A stretch of DNA of 64,000 nucleotides. Source: Eledone cirrhosa. Its lineage: Eukaryota. Positions 54,600-64,000 of this stretch are shown here, piece after piece. The position numbers and the translations under genes are program-made. Location: NCBI GenBank assembly GCA_964016885.1, contig OZ024740.1, positions 176,700,001 through 176,764,000 on the forward strand, written 5' to 3'. Numbering within the stretch: the stretch's first letter is position 1; each line of letters begins with the position of its first letter. The notes under the pieces were generated by a model. The model was given only the letters and a program-made list of their open reading frames with translations. It did no database searches and had not been told where the DNA came from.

Positions 54600-55364
54600 T
54601 TATTACAATATTTATAATCTACAGTAGCTCTTCTAATTCATGAGTACCCATATAATTTTAATCTACACTAGCTCTTCTAAGACATGTGTGCCCATATAAT
54701 TTTAATTTACACAGGGTCTTTCAAGCCATCAGTGTCAATCAATAATACAGATTAATGTCAGTAAATGCATTTATAATTATGTGAGAAAGTGACTAGTTTT
54801 GCTTACATAGTTTAGTGATTACCACGCCAGATTCACAAGCAGGAGATCGCGATTCCGAAACTTTCTGTAATTCTTGTTTCAATTAAAAACAAACTCCAGT
54901 TGTATCATGATCCTTAGATGCTTAAATATTTTCCATCTATCAACACGGTGGCTTCAATGTGCAGTGGTGTATATTTTATCCTATACTAGATTTGGGCCGA
55001 CTTGTGCCATACAACAGTACTGAAGTATTTCCTAAATATATATAACCGCTAATTAAGTTTAGATTGTTAATGAACTGCTTCCAAATTTCCTCATCATGAA
55101 ACCAAACGATGGTTTATTACCAAATATAGCCTTATTAAACATGTTTACATGTCCAGTAAATTAGTGAAAGATGTATAAATGTAGAGGTAGCTGATTAGCC
55201 ATGTAAATACTACGTTATGAACGATTTTATATATTTAGCATCTACGTCAAAACTTTGTTTAACGCATGTCAGCCTAGTTTCAGCATTGGTAAAGTATGTA
55301 GCAATGGATATTGACATTGGCAAGGATATGATCTGGAGAAATATCTGAAAAAAAAGGAGTGTCA

Positions 55365-55437
55365 AAGTTCCAGCATGTTTCGAACTCACGACCATCTGCG
55401 TGTAAAGCAGATATGATAAACACTACACCATGGAACC
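55365..55437 (-). tRNA. tRNA-Val-TAC: tRNA-Val(TAC), D-loop GG mutated
   Basis: As 53492-53564. Confidence 0.55.
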
Positions 55438-55555
55438 ACAGACTTGTTTTAGAACAAATATTGCCTCAATACATTTACATTTTATCAATTATGCTGAATT
55501 GAAACAAATGTAAATGTATTTGATAAGACAATGTTTCTTCTTTCATTCTTCATCT

Positions 55556-55628
55556 GGTTCCATGGTGTAGTGGTTATCACATCTGCTTAACACGCAGAAG
55601 GTCGTGAGTTCGAAACTCGCTGGAACCT
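55556..55628 (+). tRNA. tRNA-Val-AAC: tRNA-Val(AAC)
   Basis: Complete cloverleaf. Confidence 0.88.
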
Positions 55629-56390
55629 TCAATTATCTTTTATTCTATTTCATTTTGTGTTGCGTTTCATAGAATCTCACATATTTCTTCTGACTATCTC
55701 CTCGACAATTTCTATATCCAGTACTGTATATTTTACCTATCATATGCTGGAACTCTGCTGACCTGTGTTTTACAAAAGTACTTGACGTAGATTCGAAATA
55801 TTAATAACCAATCATTATATAGTATTTATATTGTTAATCAATTGCTTCCAAATTTATACAAGTTTCACTAAATTAACAGAAATATAAACGTGTTTCATAA
55901 TGCAATATACGTTAGGAAGCAACCGTTTGATACAATGTTGTAGTGTGTATCTCATTTGCAAAAAACACGAGATGATCGCGGATTCGAAATTCGCAGCAAA
56001 CACTCTTAATTTTCAATCTGAATAAATAATATATTTATTTACATTTTTCATATCTTGCGTCATTTTAGTTGTCAATGAGGATTGAATACTTTTAATGTTA
56101 TTGAAAATCACATGTTATACAGTAGGTTTGAAAATAAAATATATTTGTTCCTATGTTCCAGAATAGAACATATTTGTAGAAATAATTGCCTAAATATGTC
56201 CGACCATGTGCTAAACAATGACAATCATAATTTAGAAAGAAATTGCTCTTTATAAACATATTTAGTTTGATAATCTACACACAAGCTTTTTTCTGTGTAG
56301 ATTGTACATATAAATATTAGTGAAGTGAAATATTTCAAAATCACAAGATACGTATAAAAGAAAGTTATTCGATATCGAGAAAAGGAAATT

Positions 56391-56463
56391 GGTTCCATAG
56401 TGTAGTGGTTATCACGTCTGCTTCACACGCGGAAGGTCGCGAGTTCGAAACTCGCTGGAGCCT
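56391..56463 (+). tRNA. tRNA-Val-CAC: tRNA-Val(CAC)
   Basis: Complete cloverleaf. Confidence 0.87.
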
Positions 56464-57243
56464 TTATTACAATATTTTTAATCTACAGTAGCTCTTCTAA
56501 TTCATGAGTACCCATATAATTTTAATTATACACTAGCTCTTCTAAGACATGAGTGCCCATATAATTTTAAATTACACTAGGTCTTTCAAGCCATCAGTGT
56601 CCATATAATTGTCCATCAATAATACAGATCAATGTCAGTAAATGCGTTTAAAATTATGTGAGAAAGTGACTAGTTTTGCTTACATAGTTTAGTGATTACC
56701 ACGCCAGATTCACAAGCAGGAGATCGCGATTCCGAAACTTTCTGTAACTCTTGTTTCAATTAAAAACAAACTCCAGTTGTGTCATGATCCTTAGATGCTT
56801 AAATATTTTTCCATCTATCAACACGGTAGCTTCAATGTGCAGTGGTGTATATTTTATCCTATACTAGATTTGGGCCGACTTGTGCCATACAACAGTACTG
56901 AAGTATTTCCTAAATATATATAAGCGCTAATTAAATTTAGATTGTTAATGAACTTCTTCCAAATTTCCTCATCATGAAACCAAACGATGGCTTATTACCA
57001 AATATAGCCTTATTAAACATGTTTACATGTCCAGTAAATTAGTGAAATATGTATAATTGTAGAGGTAGCTGATTAGCCATGTAAATACCACGTTATGAAC
57101 GATTTTATATATTTAGCATCGACGTCAAGAACTTTGTTTAACGCATGACAGCCTAGTTTCAGCATTGGTAAAGTATGTAGCAATGGATATTGACATTGGC
57201 AAGGATATGATCAGGAGAAATATCTGAAAAAAAAGGAGTGTCA

Positions 57244-57316
57244 AAGATCCAGCATGTTTCGAACTCACGACCATCTGCGTGTAAAGCAGATATGATAACC
57301 ACTACACCATGGAACC
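57244..57316 (-). tRNA. tRNA-Val-TAC: tRNA-Val(TAC), extra acceptor mismatch
   Basis: 3' acceptor strand TGGATCT. Confidence 0.55.
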
Positions 57317-57434
57317 ACAGACTTGTTTTAGAACAAATATTGCCTCAATACATTTACATGTTATCAATTATGCTGAATTGAAACAAATGTAAATGTCTTT
57401 GATAAGACAATGTTTCTTCCTTCATTCTTCATCT

Positions 57435-57507
57435 GGTTCCATGGTGTAGTGGTTATCACATCTGCTTAACACGCAGAAGGTCGTGAGTTCGAAACTCGCT
57501 GGAACCT
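57435..57507 (+). tRNA. tRNA-Val-AAC: tRNA-Val(AAC)
   Basis: Complete cloverleaf. Confidence 0.88.
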
Positions 57508-58278
57508 TCAATTATCTTTTTTTGTTTTACTTCTATTTCATTTTGTGTTGTGTTTCATAGAATCTCACATATTTCTTCTGACTATCTCCTCGACAATTTC
57601 TATATCCAGTACTGTATATTTTCCCTATCATATGCTGGAACTCTGCTGACCTGTGTTTTACACATGTACTTGACGTAGATTCGAAATATTAATAACCAAT
57701 CATTATATAGTATTTATATTGTTAATGAACTGCTTCCAAATTTATACAACTTTCACTAAATTAACAGAAATATAAACGTGTTTCATAATGCAATATACGT
57801 TAGGAAGCAACCGTTTGATACAATGTTGTAGTGTGTATCTCATTTGCAAAAAACACGAGATGATCGCGGATTCGAAATTCGCAGCAAACACTCTTAATTT
57901 TCAATCTGAATAAATAATATATTTATTTACATTTTTCATATCTTGCGTCATTTTAGTTGTCAATGAGGATTGAATACTTTTAATGTTATTGAAAATCACA
58001 TGTTATACAGTAGGTTTGAAAATAAAATATATTTGTTCCTATGTTCCAGAATAGAACATATTTGTAGAAATAATTGCCTAAATATGTCCGACCATGTGCT
58101 AAACAATGAAAATCATAATTTAGAAAGAAATTGCTCTTTATAAACATATTTAGTTTGATAATCTACACACAAGCTTTTTTCTGTGTAGATTGTACATATA
58201 AATATTAGTGAAGTGAAATATTTCAAAATCACAAGATACGTATAAAAGAAAGTTATTCGATATCGAGAAAAGGAAATT

Positions 58279-58351
58279 GGTTCCATAGTGTAGTGGTTAT
58301 CACGTCTGCTTCACACGCGGAAGGTCGCGAGTTCGAAACTCGCTGGAGCCT
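58279..58351 (+). tRNA. tRNA-Val-CAC: tRNA-Val(CAC)
   Basis: Complete cloverleaf. Confidence 0.87.
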
Positions 58352-59131
58352 TTATTACAATATTTTTAATCTACAGTAGCTCTTCTAATTCATGAGTACC
58401 CATATAATTTTAATTATACACTAGCTCTTCTAAGACATGAGTGCCCATATAATTTTAAATTACACTAGGTCTTTCAAGCCATCAGTGTCCATATAATTGT
58501 CAATCAATAATACAGATCAATGTCAGTAAATGCGTTTAAAATTATGTGAGAAAGTGACTAGTTTTGCTTACATAGTTTAGTGATTACCACGCCAGATTCA
58601 CAAGCAGGAGATCGCGATTCCGAAACTTTCTGTAACTCTTGTTTCAATTAAAAACAAACTCCAGTTGTGTCATGATCCTTAGATGCTTAAATATTTTTCC
58701 ATCTATCAACACGGTAGCTTCAATGTGCAGTGGTGTATATTTTATCCTATACTAGATTTGGGCCGACTTGTGCCATACAACAGTACTGAAGTATTTCCTA
58801 AATATATATAAGCGCTAATTAAATTTAGATTGTTAATGAACTTCTTCCAAATTTCCTCATCATGAAACCAAACGATGGCTTATTACCAAATATAGCCTTA
58901 TTAAACATGTTTACATGTCCAGTAAATTAGTGAAATATGTATAAATGTAGAGGTAGCTGATTAGCCATGTAAATACCACGTTATGAACGATTTTATATAT
59001 TTAGCATCGACGTCAAGAACTTTGTTTAACGCATGACAGCCTAGTTTCAGCATTGGTAAAGTATGTAGCAATGGATATTGACATTGGCAAGGATATGATC
59101 AGGAGAAATATCTGAAAAAAAAGGAGTGTCA

Positions 59132-59204
59132 AAGATCCAGCATGTTTCGAACTCACGACCATCTGCGTGTAAAGCAGATATGATAACCACTACACCATGG
59201 AACC
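59132..59204 (-). tRNA. tRNA-Val-TAC: tRNA-Val(TAC), extra acceptor mismatch
   Basis: As 57244-57316. Confidence 0.55.
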
Positions 59205-59322
59205 ACAGACTTGTTTTAGAACAAATATTGCCTCAATACATTTACATGTTATCAATTATGCTGAATTGAAACAAATGTAAATGTCTTTGATAAGACAATG
59301 TTTCTTCCTTCATTCTTCATCT

Positions 59323-59395
59323 GGTTCCATGGTGTAGTGGTTATCACATCTGCTTAACACGCAGAAGGTCGTGAGTTCGAAACTCGCTGGAACCT
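59323..59395 (+). tRNA. tRNA-Val-AAC: tRNA-Val(AAC)
   Basis: Complete cloverleaf. Confidence 0.88.
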
Positions 59396-60165
59396 TCAAT
59401 TATCTTTTTTTGTTTTACTTCTATTTCATTTTGTGTTGTGTTTCATAGAATCTCACATATTTCTTCTGACTATCTCCTCGACAATTTCTATATCCAGTAC
59501 TGTATATTTTCCCTATCATATGCTGGAACTCTGCTGACCTGTGTTTTACACATGTACTTGACGTAGATTCGAAATATTAATAACCAATCATTATATAGTA
59601 TTTATATTGTTAATGAACTGCTTCCAAATTTATACAACTTTCACTAAATTAACAGAAATATAAACGTGTTTCATAATGCAATATACGTTAGGAAGCAACC
59701 GTTTGATACAATGTTGTAGTGTGTATCTCATTTGCAAAAAACACGAGATGATCGCGGATTCGAAATTCGCAGCAAACACTCTTAATTTTCAATCTGAATA
59801 AATAATATATTTATTTACATTTTTCATATCTTGCGTCATTTTAGTTGTTAATGAGGATTGAATATTTTAATGTTATTGAAAAACACATGTTATACAGTAG
59901 GTTTGAAAATAAAATATATTTGTTCCTATGTTCCAGAATAGAACATATTTGTAGAAATGATTGCCTAAATATGTCCGACCATGTGCTAAACAATGACAAT
60001 CATAATTTAGAAAGAAATTGCTCCTTATAAACTTATTTAGTTTGATAATCTTCACACAAGCTTTTTTCTGTGTAGATTGTACATGTAAGTATTAGTGAAG
60101 TGAAATATTTCAAAATCACAAGATACGTATAAAAGAAAGTTATTCGATATCGAGAAAAGGAAATT

Positions 60166-60238
60166 GGTTCCATAGTGTAGTGATTATCACGTCTGCTTCA
60201 CACGCGGATGGCCGCGAGTTCGAAACTCGCTGGACCCT
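60166..60238 (+). tRNA. tRNA-Val-CAC: tRNA-Val(CAC), D-loop and acceptor variants
   Basis: D loop AGTGATTA, 3' strand TGGACCC. Confidence 0.65.
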
Positions 60239-61017
60239 TTATTACAATATTTTTAATCTACAGTAGCTCTTCTAATTGATGAGTACCCATATAATTTTAA
60301 TCTACACTAGCTCTTCTAAGACATGAGTGCCCATATAATTTTAAATTACACCAAGTCTTTCAAGCCATCAGTGTCCATATACTTGTCAATCAATAATACA
60401 GATTAATGTCAGTAAATGCGTTTAAAATTATGTGAGAAAGTGACTAGTTTTGCTTACATAGTTTAGTGATTACCACGCCAGATTCACAAGCAGGAGATCG
60501 CGATTCCGAAACTTTCTGTAATTCTTGTTTCAATTAAAAACAAACTCCAGTTGTGTCATGATCCTTAGATGCTTAAATATTTTTCCATCTATCAACACGG
60601 TAGCTTCAATGTGCAGTGGTGTATATTTCATCCTATACTAGATTTGGGCCGACTTGTGCCATACAACAGTACTGAAATATTTCCTAAATATATATAACCG
60701 CTAATTAAATTTAGATTGTTAATGAACTGCTTCCAAATTTCCTCATCATGAAACCAAACGATGGCTTATTACCAAATATAGCCTTATTAAACATGTTTAC
60801 ATGTCCAGTAAATTAATGACAGATGTATAAATGTAGAGGTAGCTGATTAGCCATGTAAATACCACGTTATGAACGATTTTATATATTTAGCATCTACGTC
60901 AAGAACTTTGTTTAACGCATGTCAGCCTAGTGTCAGCATTGGTAAAGTATGTAGCAATGGATATTGACATTGGCAAGGATATGATCAGGAGAAATATCTG
61001 AAAAAAAAGGAGTGTCA

Positions 61018-61090
61018 AAGTTCCAGCATGTTTCGAACTCACGACCATCTGCGTGTAAAGCAGATATGATAACCACTACACCATGGAACC
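61018..61090 (-). tRNA. tRNA-Val-TAC: tRNA-Val(TAC)
   Basis: Loop TT-TAC-AC, weak T stem. Confidence 0.65.
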
Positions 61091-61208
61091 AGAGACTTGT
61101 TTTAGAACAAATATTGCCTCAATACATTTACATTTTATCAATTATGCTGAATTGAAACAAATGTAAATGTATTTGATAAGACAATGTTTCTTCTTTCATT
61201 CTTCATCT

Positions 61209-61281
61209 GGTTCCATGGTGTAGTGGTTATCACATCTGCTTAACACGCAGAAGGTCGTGAGTTCGTAACTCGCTGGAATCT
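61209..61281 (+). tRNA. tRNA-Val-AAC: tRNA-Val(AAC), T-loop variant
   Basis: T loop TTCGTAA (A58 lost), 3' strand TGGAATC. Confidence 0.65.
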
Positions 61282-62051
61282 TCAATTATCTTTTTTTGTT
61301 TTACTTCTATTTCATTTTGTGTTGTGTTTCATAGAATCTCACATATTTCTTCTGACTATCTCCTCGACAATTTCTATATCCAGTACTGTATATTTTCCCT
61401 ATCATATGCTGGAACTCTGCTGACCTGTGTTTTACACATGTACTTGACGTAGATTCGAAATATTAATAACCAATCATTATATAGTATTTATATTGTTAAT
61501 GAACTGCTTCCAAATTTATACAACTTTCACTAAATTAACAGAAATATAAACGTGTTTCATAATGCAATATATGTTAGGAAGCAACCGTTTGATACAATGT
61601 TGTAGTGTGTATCTCATTTGCAAAAAACTCGAGATGATCGCGGATTCGAAATTCGCAGCAAACACTCTTAAATTTCAATCTGAATAAATTATATATTTAT
61701 TTACATTTTTCATATCTTGCGTCATTTTAGTTGTCAATGAGGATTGAATACATTAATGTTATTGAAAAACACATGTTATACAGTAGGTTTGAAAATAAAA
61801 TATATTTGTTCCTATGTTCCAGAATAGAACATATTTGTAGAAATGATTACCTAAATATGTCTGACCATGTGCTAAACAATGATAATCATAATTTAGAAAG
61901 AAATTGCTCTTTATAAACATATTTAGTTTGATAATCTACACACAAGCTTTTTTCTGTGTAGATTGTACATATAAATATTAGTGAAGTGAAATATTTCAAA
62001 ATCACAAGATACGTATAAAAGAAAGTTATTCGATATCGAGAAAAGGAAATT

Positions 62052-62124
62052 GGTTCCATAGTGTAGTGGTTATCACGTCTGCTTCACACGCGGATGGCCG
62101 CGAGTTCGAAACTCGCTGGACCCT
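62052..62124 (+). tRNA. tRNA-Val-CAC: tRNA-Val(CAC), acceptor mismatch
   Basis: 3' strand TGGACCC. Confidence 0.72.
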
Positions 62125-62903
62125 TTATTACAATATTTTTAATCTACAGTAGCTCTTCTAATTGATGAGTACCCATATAATTTTAATCTACACTAGCTCT
62201 TCTAAGACATGAGTGCCCATATAATTTTAAATTACACCAAGTCTTTCAAGCCATCAGTGTCCATATACTTGTCAATCAATAATACAGATTAATGTCAGTA
62301 AATGCGTTTAAAATTATGTGAGAAAGTGACTAGTTTTGCTTACATAGTTTAGTGATTACCACGCCAGATTCACAAGCAGGTGATCGCGATTCCGAAACTT
62401 TCTGTAATTCTTGTTTCAATTAAAAACAAACTCCAGTTGTGTCATGATCCTTAGATGCTTAAATATTTTTCCATCTATCAACACGGTAGCTTCAATGTGC
62501 AGTGGTGTATATTTTATCCTATACTAGATTTGGGCCGACTTGTGCCATACAACAGTACTGAAGTATTTCCTAAATATATATAAGCGCTAATTAAATTTAG
62601 ATTGTTAATGAACTGCTTCCAAATTTCCTCATCATGAAACCAAACGATGGCTTATTACCAAATAAAGCCTTATTAAACATGTTTACATGTCCAGTAAATT
62701 AGTGAAAGATGTATAAATGTAGAGGTAGCTGATTAGCCATGTAAATACTACGTTATGAACGATTTTATATATTTAGCATCTACGTCAAGAACTTTGTTTA
62801 ACGCATGTCAGCCTAGTTTCAGCATTGGTAAAGTATGTAGCAATGGATATTGACATTGGCAAGGATATGATCAGGAGAAATATCTGAAAAAAAAGGAGTG
62901 TCA

Positions 62904-62976
62904 AAGTTGCAGCATGTTTCGAACTCACGACTATCTGCGTGTAAAGGAGATATGAGAACCACTACACCATGGAACC
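62904..62976 (-). pseudogene. tRNA-Val(TAC), multiply mutated
   Basis: Additional substitutions in the anticodon stem, D loop and acceptor stem. Confidence 0.7.
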
Positions 62977-63094
62977 ACAGACTTGTTTTAGAACAAATAT
63001 TGCCTCAATACATTTACATTTTATCAATTATGCTGAATTGAAACAAATGTAAATGTATTTGATAAGACAATGTTTCTTCTTTCATTCTTCATCT

Positions 63095-63167
63095 GGTTCC
63101 ATGGTGTAGTGGTTATCACATCTGCTTAACACGCAGAAGGTCGTGAGTTCGAAACTCGCTGGAACCT
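63095..63167 (+). tRNA. tRNA-Val-AAC: tRNA-Val(AAC)
   Basis: Complete cloverleaf, T7 terminator. Confidence 0.88.
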
Positions 63168-63937
63168 CCAATTATCTTTTTTTCTTTTACTTCTATTTCA
63201 TTTTGTGTTGTGTTTGATAGAATCTCACATATTTCTTCTGACTATCTCCTCGACAATTTCTATATCCAGTACTGTATATTTTACCTTACATATGCTGGAA
63301 CTCTGCTGACCTGTGTTTTACAAAAGTACTTGACGTAGATTCGAAATATTAATAACCAATCATTATATAGTATTTATATTGTTAATCAATTGCTTCCAAA
63401 TTTATACAAGTTTCACTAAATTAACAGAAATATAAACGTGTTTCATAATGCAATATACGTTAGGAAGCAACCGTTTGATACAATGTTGTAGTGTGTATCT
63501 CATTTGCAAAAAACACGAGATGATCGCGGATTCGACATTCGCAGCAAACACTCTTAATTTTCAATCTGAATAAATAATATATTTATTTACATTTTTCATA
63601 TCTTGCGTCATTTTAGTTGTTAATGAGGATTGAATATTTTAAAGTTATTGAAAAACACATGTTATACAGTAGGTTTGAAAACAAAATATATTTGTTCCTA
63701 TGTTCCAGAATAGAACATATTTGTAGAAATGATTGCCTAAATATGTCCGACCATGTGCTAAACAATGACAATCATAATTTAGAAAGAAATTGCTCCTTAT
63801 AAACTTATTTAGTTTGATAATCTTCAAACAAGCTTTTTTCTGTGTAGATTGTACATGTAAGTATTAGTGAAGTGAAATATTTCAAAATCACAAGATACGT
63901 ATAAAAGAAAGTTATTCGATATCGAGAAAAGGAAATT

Positions 63938-64000
63938 GGTTCCATAGTGTAGTGGTTATCACGTCTGCTTCACACGCGGAAGGTCGCGAGTTCGAAACTC
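63938..64000 (+). tRNA. tRNA-Val-CAC: tRNA-Val(CAC), truncated by the window end
   Basis: First 63 nt match the other CAC copies. Confidence 0.8.

Larger units (their letters stand above)
48445..64000. repeat. Tandem tRNA-Val macrosatellite, unit 1864-1888 bp, at least 8 units, runs off the window
   Basis: CAC gene starts at 48903, 50777, 52653, 54527, 56391, 58279, 60166, 62052, 63938. Units are highly similar. Confidence 0.97.

Noticed and set aside
50240-63827. Repeated 60-85 aa ORFs in the tandem array
   Set aside because: They lie in AT-rich spacer or antisense to a tRNA relic, appear in only some units and show no protein motifs.

Overview
AT-rich animal genomic DNA with no recognisable host protein-coding gene. 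The dense (TA)n/(CA)n/(GA)n/(TACA)n microsatellites and the SINE families suggest a cephalopod, probably an octopod (inference). Positions 1-45.6 kb hold many copies of a tRNA-headed SINE and RTE and Tx1-like LINE fragments. They also hold a Naiad-type Penelope retroelement (RT + GIY-YIG) with an inverted pseudo-LTR and a minimal hammerhead ribozyme, a second related hammerhead in a non-coding fold-back, and a near-full-length decayed R4/Dong-type RLE retrotransposon nested with other retroelements in an (ATAC)n array. Many short (TA)n-flanked modules are present, often as fold-back palindromes. From ~45.7 kb to the window end is a tRNA-Val cluster: a degenerate edge, then at least 8 tandem ~1.87-1.89 kb units. 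Each unit has Val-CAC (+), Val-TAC (-) and Val-AAC (+) genes on one Val-TAC-type body, plus two tRNA relics. Most ORFs in the supplied track are microsatellite translations. All coordinates were read by eye, and element boundaries are approximate.
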